From Octopus vulgaris (taxonomy: Eukaryota), in contig OX597817.1 in NCBI GenBank assembly GCA_951406725.2, positions 104,036,001-104,100,000 on the forward strand: a stretch of 64,000 bases of DNA, in the 5' to 3' direction. A program made the translations under genes and the position numbers. Each line of letters begins with the position of its first letter. Position 1 is the stretch's first letter. Under the pieces are notes generated by a model, which saw nothing but the letters and a program-made list of their open reading frames with translations, was not told where the DNA came from and did no database searches. Positions 14,640 through 29,374 of this stretch are shown piece after piece.

Positions 14640-14910
14640 AAAAAACTGTAGATGTCATTCATTAAAGATGGTTTACGAGGTCATTGATTTCCTATGGATG
14701 AAGATATGAAGAAAGTGGTGCATAAATAGTTGCACGACCAACCAGAAACCTTCTTCTTGGAGGGAATACGCAGACTTGTGAGCCACTGGACCAAGTGCGT
14801 CATAAAGAAAGAAGACTATACAGAAAAATGACGTACTTGTTTATCCCCTACTTTTGTGTAAATACATTGAAAAAACAAGAATGAGTATAATTTTTGACTC
14901 TCCCCCATAG
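14640..14910 (+). mobile_element. mariner transposase 3' remnant
   Basis: Translates to ..QPETFFLEGIRRLVSHWTKCV..EDYTEK*, followed by a TIR-like TTTTTGACTCTCCCC. Confidence 0.7.
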
Positions 14911-16016
14911 TTCTCAAGGGGATTCAGCATGACATAAAATGTTACAAGGCTGGCCCTTAGAATTACAAGTATAACTCATTTTTACCAGCTGAGTGGACTG
15001 GAGCAATGTGAAATAAAGTGTCTTGTTCAAGGATTCAATGCACCACTGAGAATCAGACTTACAACCTAACAATCATAAGCTGAATACCATTAAACAATTA
15101 AGATATGCATCTTCACATACAAACTTATCAGAAAAAGTCATTTTACAAAAATCCTTACAAATTTTTCATTTTTTTCAAAATTAATTTAAAGTTATAGACA
15201 ACTACCATACCCACATTTTACACAGGTAGAGTAGAATAGTTAGTGGGCTGTTATGTAGATAGATGTATGTACGTGTGTGTGGGGGTGTATATACATGTAT
15301 GTAAGCATATAGATATGAAAATAAACAGATCAACATACAGATGTATAGATACATAGGTTATATGAACAGACAAGCACACATATGCAAATGGAGACTGAAA
15401 CACATGACCATATATACACACACACTTTACTTCACACAAGGACACATATGGAGACATGTGTCCACACATGGAGATGCACATCCATACATACAAACATGGT
15501 ATATAGTTGCAAAACACACACACACATACACAAGGAGACAGAGGTGCATATGTATACAAACACACACACACACACATACATAAAAAAATACATACACAAA
15601 CACGGACATGCAAGCACATGAACATGCAGAATACATACATACAGATGCACAAACATGCATGCAAACATACATAAACGCATGGCATGCATAGGCACACACA
15701 CACACTGATCCACAAACAAACAAAAAGGAACACAGTGTAAATAATGGACAGAGTCAAGACTATTGAAAAGGCTGCAAGACGCAACGAAAATTTTAGGAAA
15801 ATAAAAATAAGGAATAAGTGGAAGTTTTACCAGTGAGTGTGTTAAATTATAAGGCACAAAAGAAAATGACTCTCCCCAGACACAACAGAATAGACAGTGT
15901 ATTTCAACAGAAATATGACCTTGAAGAGGTTAAATAATTTATTTTTTTGTATAAAGAGCAATTTTTTGTAAATTAATATAAATTATATCAAAATATACAG
16001 AATCAATTATACTAAC

Positions 16017-16076
16017 CTGCAGGATCTTGCAAGCACACAAGGCATCAACATTAAATGAAACCAATACAAGTACATG
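16017..16076 (-). CDS. CDC45: CDC45 coding exon 2 (HVLVLVSFNVDALCACKILQ)
   Basis: tttag acceptor, gttagt donor, 60 nt; the DALCACKIL motif is diagnostic of CDC45. Confidence 0.93.
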
Positions 16077-17379
16077 CTAAACAAAAATAAAATGGAAGAA
16101 AATGAAAACACTTTGTTAATAAACTTTAACAATAGAATCATAACAAAACTTAATTCTAATATAGGTAGGTAGATGGCCACACACAGTAACATAATAATAC
16201 CTATTTACTTTTTTTTTTAACATCTGGGTATGCAGGTAATTTGAAAATACCTCACAGAGTAAGACCTATTTCTTGCATAGTTATGGGCTGCCCTTTGGCA
16301 AAGCATAGCACCCATTCAGCAACCTTCCCCCACCCCCTGCCAGGAATATGGTGAAGTTGTGAGACTGCAGCATGGTGGATTGTGAAGAGGTAACAAAAAA
16401 ACTCAACTGAACCAATGGTGCTTCTTACACCGATGCTGAGTGGAGGAATACTAGATTAATGGTCAAGATCAGAGAGTAACTGCAACACATCCGCTGGGGT
16501 GGCACCCATGATTATGTAATCAGCTACTGAAGATTAACTATCACTCAAGTTCTCAATTCAAATTCATAATAATGGAATTTGATGGTGATAGAGGCATGGA
16601 AATCTGCAAAAGTAGCAAAAAAACATATAATATAGGTAAGTACAAGACCACATATTTTAGGTTTAAGCAACTAACTCAACCCCACTACTTGGTTGCTATT
16701 TACTTTATCATTCTCAGAAGATCAAAAGTTAAGCTGACTGTAGTGAGATTCCAAATAGGTAAAAACAATTCCAAGCATATGGACATGTATACAAGTTTTG
16801 GTGAAAGATTGTATATATTATATTGAACCTCAGTATCTGACTGGTATTTACTTTATTGACCAGGGAAGGATGAAAGGCAAAGTCAGTAATGAAGTTTGGA
16901 GAATGGGCACATGGAAAAAAGAAGTAAGGATCTTGTTTATATTGAACCTTCATCTGATTGTGAGATATTAATTCTTTCATCACTGATGTGAATGACATTA
17001 ATCCTTCAGCATTCAGTTTACTCTGTCAAATGTAATGCTTATTTATCTCATAACTTTGAGATTTCAATGTTGTGATTGTTTATTTTTACAATAACATTGT
17101 AGGGAAGGTGTGAGAAGCCAGATCTGGCTAGTTTGAACACAAAACAGGTAGAATGTTTAGGCCTGATATGGCTGGTTTAAATGTTAAAAGGTTAAATCCA
17201 ACTTGCCTCACACCACTCATGATTCAATGATACAGACTTTGTTTTAAGGTACAAAAGCATTCCATCAAAATTTCATATTAATTTGTTCGAAACATTAATT
17301 GTAATAATGACAAGAATATTTTACTAAATTCTTTATTATTTTCAAAATTAAAAATGGGGTAAGAGGTGGTTAGTGACTT

Positions 17380-18081
17380 TCAACCTTGGCAAGATATGTC
17401 CTTCATTAAGCCTGATGTATCACATGGTGAGACAGTCAAACCATTTGAGGAAAAGTCTTTGAAACTGCCTGGTCTTACTTTCTCACCTGATCTTTCTTAT
17501 ACACAGTCAATAGGTAGATCTGCTTTCTGTAATGTTGAGTCATTGTATAGGTCAAAGTACTGCCTTACATGTGAGGCTATTTTGTATCTGTACAAGTCCA
17601 CAAATCATCCTTGTAAGGAATACTGTGGTCATATTTAGTAGGTACCCCATCTGGTCATTTAACTTTCCTTGAGCTGGGTTCAGAAGCAAGTCTCTAATTT
17701 GATTGATCCCTCTCTTGCTTCAACTTTGTAATCCTTGTCACATCAACATGATATTAGTCTTAGTCTTTCTATTGTTATTACTATTGGAAGTGTTCTGATG
17801 AACTTTCTCTCTTAGTTCCAGATCACTTTGTGCCATCTCACCTGACTCAAAACACACAGCATCTTCATCCAAAAGCTGTTGTACTTCCATGAATATGGAA
17901 GTCTTTCTCTGGTCACGGCTTTTTCCCTCAAACTGCCAAACTCTCTTCCATCTTATGACTCAAACTCTTTCAAGTCTCAAGTAAATTCATTCCTTTTGTC
18001 TTAACTTAACTTTTCCTTCTACATAATCCCTTACACTAAGTGGTTTCTCACATTGTTTGGGATTTTCATAAAAAAAAAAAA
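17380..18081 (+). mobile_element. 3' fragment of a CR1/Jockey-like LINE with poly(A) tail
   Basis: LGLTFSPDLS-like and LYLYKST..PCKEYCGHI RT C-terminal remnants; A12 tail at about 18070. Confidence 0.65.
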
Positions 18082-20834
18082 TTAAACAATGGAAGTATAT
18101 TTCAACAGAAATATGGTAGCAAAAGGTTAATAATTGTATATTTTTATGGACTGTTTATTTGACAATTCAAGTCTTTGTTCATTCAATTGACATCAGTTCT
18201 TTATTTTACAGCATGAGACAACAAGGGAAAGTTGTTATGTGGTTACTTGACCTGCTTAAAATAGCAGCAAAATCTTCCTCAAATCACAGCCTACTGTCTT
18301 AAAAAAAGAACACATTGGATAATATAGTTCATAATACATTATCTCAGAAAAAATGAAAATAAAACAAGAAGAGACATAACTGAAACATCTTTGATTATAG
18401 GTCTGCTTGATTAATAACAACAATATTGAGAATGGCAACCATCACCCAATTCACTCACACTGGTTAAAAAGTTCACTTCACAACCATGTAAATCTTGGTT
18501 CAATCCCACCACAAGCACTTTAGAAGTACCTTCTACCACAGGTTCAGGTCATCCAAAACCTTGTGACTGAAACTTGGCAAATGACAATTATATGGTAGCT
18601 TCTACATGGTCACTCATCCAGCAGACACATCTGCCTCAAAAAAGGAAGGACATTGTAAAAACTAGCCCTAATAGCACTATGTCTATCTAGGGAAAAAAAG
18701 AAAAGGTTAAATAGTCATAGTGGAGCATCTTTGATTATATATTCGCTTGACCCCTAGGACTAAGAACAACTCCTTATTCAGGGCCATCAACACCATCAGT
18801 GGCATCTTAGGAATTAGCAAATAACTGAAATTCATAGATTTAGTTTTGTTTTCATTATGAAAGTGATTCCATTTATAACGAGTTAGTCAAAGAAAAGGGG
18901 ACAATGCTGATCAACCTTGCAAGTCCTGCCAATTTGGTGAGATTATCATAATCATCATCATTTAACATCTGCTTTACAAACTGGCATGGGTTGGACGGTC
19001 TGACAGAAAACTGGTAAACTGGGGTGTTACACCAAGTTCCAGTCTGAGCTGGCATGGTTTCTACAACTGGATGCCCTTCCTAATGCTAACCACTCCAAGA
19101 GAGTAATGGGTGATTTTTACATACCACCAGCACAGGTGCCAGTTACGTGACACCAGTATTGGCCACGACTATGATTTTACTTGGCTTGATGGATCTTCTC
19201 AAGCATGGCATATCACCAAAAGTCTTGGTCACTTATCATTGCTTCCATGAGGCCCAACATTCGAAGATCATGCTTCACCACCTGATATCATGACTTCTTG
19301 GGTCTACCCCTTCCACAGTTAGAAATTGGCACATTAATATTGCTATAATGTTCAAGCTGAACATCTGCAAAGAACAAAAAAATTTAAGTGAATGCTTGCA
19401 ACAGAATGAACCTCACTAAAACACACACTAGGAACAATTCATGTAGCTGACTTAACCATTTGGCATTCAGTCAAATGTAATGCTTATTTATTCACATGGT
19501 TTTGAATTTGTCATGCATTAAAATTTTACTGCTTTAAAATTTTGATGATGAGATTGTTTAGTTTTAGAATGACATTGTTTGGTAGGTGTAAGAAATTGTA
19601 TCTGGCTTGTTTGAAGATAAAAGAATATTTGGGCTGGATATTGCCAGTTTAAATGCTAAAGGGTAAAACTCCTCTTTCTCTTTCACATAAATATCATTCA
19701 CATAATAACCATGACAACTGCCTTCACAAGCCAATGAGGAAGTCTCACTCAAACTACTAAAAATAGCAGCCAAATTTCCTTCATATTACATCCTACTATT
19801 TAAAAAAAGTCCTTGATATATAGTGTTTGCTTGAATAAAAGACAGGGTGGTCATGCTTGGAATACCTTTGATAAGGCTTGGCCTGTGGCTAAAAAAACAC
19901 CTGCCAGGAATAAAACCTCAAAAACAACCTAATTTCATTTAATAGTACATGCTAAAACATGAAAATATTATTCTTTTTTACACACTACTAATAATATTGA
20001 TGAGCAATAGCAGTAAACATCTTAATGTAACTTAATGTAATATGACTGCTTACATATAAAGAACATCACCATGCTGTGATTCAGGTCAAAGTGATTTCAT
20101 CATTGATGTCATTAGTTCCACATTTGATTCTCCTTACTATCATGCATTGAATATATATATATATTGATCTTACATCATATCTTCGGTCTGCCTTGACTAC
20201 TAAGGTAGTTCTACATCTGACTTGACAATAGGTAACTTTCACTACCAACAAATACTGCTGAGGTTCAGTCATACGAAAATATCTTTCATTGTGTAGAGGG
20301 TCTTGCACTGGCCAATATGATTGAAACAATGAAAGCAGTGAGCTGGCAGAATTGTTAGCAGGCTGGGCAAAATGCTTAGCGGCATTTTGTCCATATTTGT
20401 GTTCTGAGTTCAAATTCCTTTCATCCTCTTGGAGTATGAGTTGAGTACTGGGGTCAATGTAATTGACTTAACCGCTTCCCCGAAATTAAAGTAATTGGTA
20501 ATATTATTGCTGCTTAGCCCAGGTCAGACCAGAATATCTTTTATCAAAAATTTATCTAGTACTACTTTATCTAACGTATCCTCCCATTGTTGAAATAGTA
20601 GGATGCGATTTGAGTGAGATTTTGTCTAGTACTCCAAGCAGGTTGAGTGACTGCAAAAGGGTTCCCTTGTTAACACATATGCCAAGCAAAATCTTAAGAG
20701 GATGACAATTGTATACACCAAGAAATTTGCAATTTAAATGCTCCTCTGAATATCAACTACTGTGATACTATTTATGTATTTATAAACATCACAAGGAAAC
20801 TTGTCATCCTGATTTGAAAGCCTTCTCTAATATT

Positions 20835-21025
20835 AGGCGCAGGAGTAGCTGTGTGGTGAGTAGCTGTGTGGTAAGTAGCTTGCTTACCAACCACATGGTT
20901 CTGGGTTCAGTCCCACAGCGTGGCACCTTGGGCAAGTGTCTTCTACTATAGCCTTGAGCTGACCAAAGCCTTGTGAGTGGATTTGGTAGACGGAAACTGA
21001 AAGAAGCCCGTCATATATATGTATA

Positions 21026-21083
<58 letters not shown>

Positions 21084-21292
21084 TGTGTGTGTTTGTGTGT
21101 CTGTGTTTGTCCCCCCAACATCACTTGACAACTGATGTTGGTGTGTTTATGTCTCCGCAACTTAGTGGTTCAGCAAAAGAGACCGATAGAATAAGTACTA
21201 GGCTTACAAAGAATAAGTCCTGGGGTCAATTTGCTCGACTAAAGGCAGTGCTCCAGCATGACCACAGTCAAATGACTGAAACAAGTAAAAGA
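20835..21292 (+). mobile_element. CORE-type tRNA-derived SINE family B with internal (TG)n
   Basis: GGCTGTGTGGTAAG..GGTTCAGTCCC..CCTTGGGCAAGTGTCTTC core. Related copies at about 6100(+), 10300(-), 10740(-), 31280(-) and 49360(-). Confidence 0.8.
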
Positions 21293-22199
21293 GTAAATTT
21301 GTTGCTCCAAATTAGCTACAATACATCAAGGTTTTACCCCTTTTTAACAATAAAGCAAACAAATTAAAAAGCAAGCATTTATATCCAACATAAACCAAGC
21401 AGTGAAGCACTACAGAAAGCAGAAGAGCCTAACTTAAATTGTCAGAAATTAACTCTCCTCATAACACACAAACATGCTTTCATGAATTCAATAAAAGTAG
21501 ATACATTATACATCCCAACTGCCATCACCACCACGATTTTAAAGGACATTTCACCATGTTTGCATAGGCAGGCATGTCTTTTCCAGCAGTAAGTCACTAA
21601 TTATTGCAATCTTCATGAGATTCAGCATTCAGCAATCAGTCTTCAACCCATGTCATTCTAGGTTTCCTTCACCTACAGATTTCATCCACTCTCAGTTCCC
21701 TGCTCTTCTTTATACTACTATCATCTTTTTTCATACATACCACATGTTTACACAGAGCAGTGTTCTCTCTTGCATACTAATATCTATTCTATCTTATATC
21801 CAGTTTTTATCACAATTTATTTGCAAGTTGCATATCAATGAAGCATACTCATTTCATTCCAGAATATACTATTAACTGAAGTCAGCAAATAGATAAAAAC
21901 TCGTAGACAAGGGACAAATAGAATAAGAGTCATTATGAGTGCTAAAGGAGGTATTTCAATGAGGCCCTAATATGAACTATCTCAAAGTTGACTGAGAAGC
22001 ATATTATAATTATAGCATGTTCACATGAAGAGAGAATAGGATAGCTATATAGGTGAGCATGGAAGCTATATTTTATAACATGAGAAATGACTTCAGCAAT
22101 ATTACTTTGTCCAAGTCACTTTGCCATAGCTTCTCTTAGATGCCATGTCAATGAATATTTTTGTGAATTTGTATTCCAATAACATTTATTTAACATCCA

Positions 22200-22655
22200 A
22201 ACAGTTCTTCGTAGCTTCTCTCAGATGCCATGCCAATGAGTATTAATATTATTTGTCACTGCAGTAGTAGTCATGAAACACTGTCTTCGATGGTCAGGAC
22301 ATGTAGCAAGAATGGAAGAGTCAAGGTTCTCACACCGAGTCTTATTCAGTGAGCTCACTTCAAGTAAAAAACTATGGGGTTGTCCTCTTTGAAGATACAA
22401 GGACCAACTCAAAGCCATTGGACTTGAGCCTAAATTGTTTGAAACTCAAGCCCAAGACCATACCAAGTGGCGGCATGCTATCACCATCAGAACCATAAAT
22501 TTCAAAACCACTAGAAAAGAAAAGGAAGAAATCAAATGACAGAAGAGAAAGGCTTGACAAAATCAACTTCGTCCTCCACCAACATTGCCATGCACTCAAT
22601 GCCATCGATTCTTCTATGCAAGAATTGATCTACAGAGTCATCAACAATATCACCA
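22200..22655 (+). mobile_element. 3' fragment of an RTE/BovB-like LINE
   Basis: Translates to ..RWSGHVARM..HRVLFSEL..RYKDQLK and a terminal C2H2 finger (CTQCHRFFYARIDLQSHQQYH). Confidence 0.65.
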
Positions 22656-23777
22656 TAAAGGAGCATTCAGCAAAACAGAAAATAAATACTTAAATGTGAG
22701 ATATTCATAGTAATGAAATATACTCAAATCCAATTCCCATTCAGGTAAATAGATTCTTAAATTCACTGTTAGATGAACCCACATGGACAAGGTCCTATTT
22801 AAGTAAAGACTAAATGAGCAGCTGCTAAAATCACTTTCTGCTGCCAAGTGAGACATAAGTTGAAAATCCATTTATCTTAAATCTCCAGCTTTCTGAGATA
22901 AGCCACTCTACTTTACAAATTTTGACTCTTTCTTTCTCTTGTCAATAAAATATAGCTACCCAATTGTTTTCACTTTCTCACTCTGCTCCCTCAATCCACA
23001 AATAGAAAATACTAATGGTTCACTTTTTTCTACATTATCATTGCTTTTACTGTTTTCATATTTTCATTGCTGCAATATTTGCGAATTAATATTTCAACGA
23101 CATTTATTTTAACATCAAAATTTCTCCACTGTAGCTTCTCACAGATGCATTGTCAATGAATATTTTTATGAATTCATATTTTGCTAGATGAACCCATGTG
23201 GACGAGATCCTATTTAAGCAAAGACTAAACAAGCAGCGGTTAAAACTATTTCCCCTTACTCTTTCTCCCTTATTAAAGTCAGACATACACATGCATACAT
23301 ATATGAATGTATAGTGTGTAAAAGAATGTATGCATTTGAATGAGTTAAACATAGATGTCTACATAACCATACATACAATTTTTATATTTTAGACATCACC
23401 ATCAATAGTTAACATGGGTTGGACAGTTTGACAGGAGCTGGTCAGCCGGAGAGCTGCCCAGACTCCATTTGTCAGTTTCTATAGCTGGATGTCCTTCCTA
23501 ATGCCAAACACTTTACAGATGTATAGGGTGCCTTTTACATGGTATCAGCATGGATGCTATTATGTGATCTGAGCATGAGTGCTTTTTACATGGTGCTGGC
23601 ATGAGTGTTCTTTATGTATCTCAGCTGAGAGAGAGAGAGCACGAGAGTGGGAGTCATGGCCGTAAAGGACCCACCTGTATGTATGGATGGCCACTTTTTT
23701 TACCTAACTTGATATGTCTTCTCAAGCACTACAATTACATATACATGCACATACTTTGAGAGATAGGAGAGATCCCC

Positions 23778-24100
23778 TTCAGTCATGAATGATCATTGGA
23801 TTGCACCTAGAAAGTCCCCCTCCGAGGCACAAGTCTTGGCAAGGTTGTTTATGGAAGACTAGCAGTTGTGCATCCATACCAGTCCTCTCTCTCCACATCA
23901 CTGACATTATCCAAGGGAAAGGCAAATGCTGATATAGCTTGGCACTAGTGACATTGCAATTCATTTCTACAGCTGAGTGAACTGGAATAATGTGAAATAT
24001 AGTGTCTTGCTCAAGAACACAACACACAGCAAGGTCTGAGAGACAAATTCACTACTTCAGAATTGTAAGCCTGACGCTCTAACCACTGAGCCATGTGCCT
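23778..24100 (-). mobile_element. tRNA-derived SINE family C
   Basis: The minus strand begins GGCACATGGCTCAGTGGTTAGAGCG (A box), then TGTTCTTGAGCAAGACAC..CCAGTTCACTCAGCTG. Related copies at about 14910-15115(-) and 900-1160(+). Confidence 0.65.
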
Positions 24101-24124
24101 TTTTGGCCTGCTTGCCTAGCCAGC

Positions 24125-25695
24125 AGATAAAGCAATTAAGAATATGAAGGCAGGGAAAGCCCCTGATCCATCAGGAGTCACTGCTGAGATGCTTAAAATA
24201 TCTTGCAGAGTAGGATATGATCTAGCCACCCATATAGTTAATCAGGTTGTCCATGAGGGTGTCATCCCAATGACTGGTATGGCAGCATTATAGTCAGCTG
24301 CTACAAGAGTAAGGGAGATGCCTTAGTTAGAATTACAGAGGCATCAAATTGCTGGACCAGGTATGAAAGTTACAGACTTAGAAAAAGCCTCTGACAGAGT
24401 ATCCCACTGTGTGATATAGTGGGCTCTGAGGAAACTAGAGGTAAAATGTGGCTAGCGAAAGATGTGCAGGTCATGTATAGAGGTTCTGTCAGTAAGGTGA
24501 GTTAACCATGAATATACTGATGAATTTAGTGGACAGGTAAGCGTTCATCAGGGTTCAGTTCTCAGTCCTCTCCTATTCATCATACTTCTGGCCATAGCAG
24601 AAGAATTCAAGACTGGCTGCCCCTGGAAACTGCTATATGCTGATGATCTTGCTCTGATAGCAGATTCTGAAACAGAACTAGAAAAGAAATTCCATGTGTG
24701 GAAGCAAAACCTGGAATCAAAGGGTCTTAAGATTAACTTAACAAAGACTAAGGTTCTAGTAAGCAAGAAAACAGACAGGATGTTACCCCCATCAGTTAAA
24801 TAGTTCTGCTCAATATGTAGGAAAAGTATGGGCAGGAATTCAATATGATGCAAGTTATGGACACATAAGAGGTGCAATGGAAAAATAGGAAGCTTATCAG
24901 AGAAAGTAGTGCGTGTATCTGGAAGATGCACAGGCACCACAAATGCCCCGGAGGTAGTGGATAATTTCTGCTACCAGGAGACCTAATTAGCAATAGGGGA
25001 GGATGTGCAGAAAGTGTAATCACTAGAATAAGAATACAATGGAGAAAATTCAGAGAGCCTTTACCTCTGTTGCAATGAAAAGTTTCACTCTCCAAGTGAA
25101 AGGAAGACTGTATGATGCATGTACACAAACAGCAATGCTACATAATAATGAGACATGGGCCCTGAATGCAGAAGATATGCAAAGGCTAGAGAGGAATGAA
25201 GTTAGTGTACTCCGCTGGATTCGTAATGTCAGTATAGATGTGCTACATAGCGCTAGTGTACTGAAGCAAAAGTTAGGCATAGGAGGAATTAGGTGCGGTG
25301 TATCAGAGAGAAGACTGTACATAGTCATGTGAGTTATATGGATGTAGACATTTGCACACAGAAGTGCCAATTGTTTAAAGTGGATAGAACTCATGGAAGA
25401 GGGAGATCCAGGAAGACATGGGGTGAAGTAGTGAAGGCCAATCTCAAAACACTGAGCCTTATAAAGGAGATGAAAAAGGACTTGCTGTACTCAAAAAGAC
25501 CCATCACCACAGCAGAATTGATATCAGTGCTGGTGTCATGTAAAAAGCACTTAGTAAACTGTAAAGTGGTTGGCATTAGGAAGGGTATCCAGCTATAGAA
25601 ACCATTCCAAAAAGACAATGGAGTCTGGTGCAGCCCTATCAGATCCTGTCAAACCGTCCAGTTCATGCCAGCAGGAAAAATGGCAGCTAAATCAA
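24125..25695 (+). mobile_element. Decayed RTE-clade LINE (RT and 3' tail)
   Basis: Frame-shifted motifs MKAGKAPDPSG, HQGSVLSPLLF, LLYADDL, KGRLYDAC, GRGRSRKTW. The 3' tail (GGCATTAGGAAGGG.ATCCAGC..CATGCCAGCATGG) is shared with many short copies. Confidence 0.85.
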
Positions 25696-27044
25696 GAGGA
25701 GGATAATATATGAAATACAACCTGCAGAAAATTGACCAGCTAAGGTACTCGGTTACCTGTTGGATGGATAGCATATTGTCTGTTTTAATCAGAAGACATA
25801 CAAATAAATGGCCAGCAATGGTAATTGAATTCGTGCACAGGCAAAAAGAAAAACCAGCTTTTACACATTTGTAAGTATCAACTTCATGGAAATAGTAAAT
25901 GTAAAGTTGGATACTGACATTAAGATGTCATAGGAAACCTATAATCAAAAACTGTCCAGATGCAATTCAGTTATAGACACAGTTATTAACAGTGAAGGTA
26001 GAAGATTTGGCTGTCATTTCAAGCAAGTCAAGCGACCATGAAAAGATCTCGTGGCTCGTGTAATTTACAGATAATTACTGAGTAATTAACCTCAGTAATT
26101 TACGTTCTTTTAAGTACAGGTAAAATTTGAATTTTTTTGTTTAATCAAAAGAAATTAGTGCCTATGAAAAAGGATCAATTTGTAATTAAAAAATTGATTA
26201 GGTTATCTATAAGTATAATTATTTCGAATTAATAATGAAGAAAAAAATCTAAATTAGTAAGATACTCAACATTCCAAACCCCTCGAGAATCTGAAAAGTT
26301 TCATAAACATACGGCGTCGGCACAAGTGAGGGGGTATTGGTTTGAAGAATAACGGGATTAGTTTTATTGCATAATACAAAGTAAGAATTTATTTTTGAGA
26401 ATATAGCGTTCTCACACAAGAAGACACTGGAATTAAAGGCATTTATTTCAGCCATAGCAACCTTTTGTCTGTTCCCTTCGGAGGGATCTGCCTGCAAGAC
26501 AGGCATTGTCCAACAGTAGGCGCCAGAAACGGCGTCAGCACAGATTTTGCAAAAATTTTCCAAACACGTCTACCCTTAAATTATTTCTAAATTCTTTAGG
26601 CTGTATTAGATACTATTTTACAAGACTGATTGTGCAACAGAGAAGCTATCTTCATAAACACATTCCATCAGTCGCGACCCACTGTGCCGACGTATGTGTG
26701 TGTGAACAGCGGATTACGAAGCACATAACACTGGGCTGAAAATCCCTTTTCGAAAGAAAAAGTCGAAAGGTGGGACACGAAACTCACCTTTCTTGTGGGT
26801 AGCATTTGATATTTTCTATCAAGAAGGGTTTTCAACTCAATATTTACATGTTATTATCTATGGTTTTATGCGCATCGAGATCTACTGTTCCAAAAAAGAA
26901 TTATTCCACGTTCTCTTGAAAGTTTATAAAAATCTTACAACGTCAACATACACACACACAATAACATAACGATACATATTACATGTGTGGGGGATTGATT
27001 GTGTACTGGTTAGAACTATATTAATATAAGTATATATATATCAC

Positions 27045-27095
27045 CTGGTTTTGAAATTTGCTGTAAATTTCTTTTCGCGGATCTTTAATCAACAT
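27045..27095 (-). CDS. CDC45: CDC45 coding exon 1 (MLIKDPRKEIYSKFQNQ)
   Basis: ATG at 27095, 51 nt, GT donor (gtgata). The peptide resembles the CDC45 N-terminus and splices in frame to exon 2. Confidence 0.85.
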
Positions 27096-27109
27096 TGTAT
27101 GAAATCACA

Positions 27110-27175
27110 AACACTTTCAAACTTTTAGCCGCTCTTTTTCTAAATCAAAACGTCAGCCACTTCCTGTTGTGGTAA
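27110..27175 (-). promoter_or_regulatory. Putative CDC45 proximal promoter/5'UTR motifs (CHR-like TTTGAA, GC-box/E2F-like GCGGCTAAAA, ETS-like ACAGGAAGT)
   Basis: The minus strand reads ACAGGAAGTGG...GAGCGGCTAAAAGTTTGAAAG just upstream of the ATG. These are short motifs, so evidence is weak. Confidence 0.3.
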
Positions 27176-27329
27176 CATTGCACAGAATATACGCTTTTGT
27201 GGTGTTTGATATATAAATCCACATTTTAACACACAAACTAACTTTTATACGAATGTATAATATTATACAGAAATGATATATAGGAATGTTTAATATTGTG
27301 CGTTTATTTACTGTTTTTCAAATTTTAGA

Positions 27330-28000
27330 ATTATTTTGAAAAATTAACAATCGGAAGTAACTTCTGAAAATTCTTTTTGGCAGACGATAAATTTTAAATG
27401 TGAAATTAATATTAAAAACCGTTTGAGGATAAATTGAAAATTGAAAGGAAAACAATAAAGTTTAAATGCGTATACAGTAGTAATTGGGAGCAAAATTCAG
27501 CAAATAGTATTTTTTCTGAAATTAACAATCAGAAGTAACTTCTGAGAAATACTTTTTGGCAGACGAAAAAAATTTTAATTGTAAAATTAAGATTAAATGC
27601 AATTTGTAGGTTAATTGAGATACGATAGGAAAATAATTAAGCTTGAACGAATGCACAATGGTTAAAGGGAACAAAGTTAAACAGAAAGTATTTTCTGTTT
27701 AGAGATCGTAACATTTATATTTTAATCAGAAAGAATACAATTTACGTTAGTAAATGGAAGAGACAATTCATATCATAAATAAACATTTAAGAAATTGCAA
27801 ACAAATTTACCAGTTTTCAAAACTAAGTATTTATTTTGAAAAACAATAAGTTTTAAGTTCAAAATTAAGATTAAATGGAATTTAAGGGTTGATTGAGAAC
27901 TGAAATGAAAATAAGGTTTGAATACGTACACAATAATTAAAGGGAACAAACTCAGCAAAGTGTATTCTATGTTTAGCGATCGTAAGATTTATTAAAACTT
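27330..28000 (+). repeat. Degenerate ~180-bp tandem repeats upstream of CDC45
   Basis: AAATTAACAATC.GAAGTAACTTCTGA..CTTTTTGGCAGACGA and AATTAAGATTAAATG..AAAGGGAACAAA blocks recur 2-3 times. Confidence 0.65.
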
Positions 28001-28374
28001 CAATGAAAAATAGTACAATTTTCATATGTAAGCAGTAAGTTAATAAATACTCAAAATAGAAGCATGCATATTCCCCAAATCCTACCAAATTTATAAGAAA
28101 GTATAATCAGTGTTTGCATCCAGTACAATTAAAGCAAGATAGTTTTCTTTTTTACATTTATATATTTTATTCGCCTAGTACGCTACAATTACGAAAATGT
28201 ATTGTTATTGAAATAAGCAAAACGGCAAATTAAAAGCGAGGTACTTTTTGAAAAGTCACCCGTGGAGACGCATCTGCATTTTCGATGCATTACAACTGTT
28301 TGTACAGCATCTCACTGACAAAGTACCGGTACATGGTTCTGAATTGAGTTACGTGAATTTTAATTTTTTTTTTC

Positions 28375-28440
<66 letters not shown>

Positions 28441-28537
28441 CGTGTACAGTATTATATATCCACTATGGCCGATGTTACCAAACGGTTTCGCACTAGGGGT
28501 TCAACGGTGTGTTAGGTAACAGTCCGATTATGTAATA

Positions 28538-29289
28538 CTAGCAGTATAGCCCGGCTTTGCTCGGGATTACGTTAGGATTATTAAGCTAATCAAGCTTTTT
28601 ATTTCAAACCAAACTAAGTAACATCGATGTCAAATTTGAGCGAAATCCGTTGAAATTGTTAAACTTTTAGCTGAAAATGAGTTGCAGAAAATTTGATTGG
28701 GAAATCCCACAAGGAATCGGTTTATCGATTTTTTCCACTCATCGATTTTTTTTTTTTTTTTCGTTTTTGGAGAACTTAAGGCATTCAAAGATCCCATGAG
28801 TCCTAAGTAATGCTGACATCAAGTTTGGACAAAATACATCAAAATTGGTAAAAGTTATGGTTGAAAATGGGGTGTAGCCAATTTTAGTGGGAAGTCCTAT
28901 AAGGAATCGGTTTATTGATTTTTGTAAAACCTGATTAAATGGAAAACCGCGTAAGGAATCAGTTTATTGATTTTTCACCCCAAATAGGACTTAACCGAAC
29001 ACAACATTGTTGATTCAAAAACATCTATATTTATATTTTAAAGTTGGTTTTCACACCCAACCCAGTTCCGCAGAATCAGTGTCGCGACGGGAGCACATGG
29101 GTTAGGAGTTTGATCGGCAGAGGTGATCAAGTTGCATATGCCAGCCCTTTTGAAAACACCACTCCTATCATCTAACCCCCACTTTGCCCAGGGGGTGGGA
29201 ACCCTACCAGCAAGGAAAATAGAACGCCTAAAAGGGCTCCCGATCCTCTGTGTCAGAAGCGGTTATGCTCAGATCACAACTAAGTATTT

Positions 29290-29330
<41 letters not shown>

Positions 29331-29332
29331 GC

Positions 29333-29374
<42 letters not shown>

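Noticed and set aside
15251-15857. Long ORFs rich in CV/YI/TH (also 29123-32677, 43861-44762, 62755-63103)
   Set aside because: They are translations of (CA)n/(TA)n/(TACA)n microsatellites, not genes.
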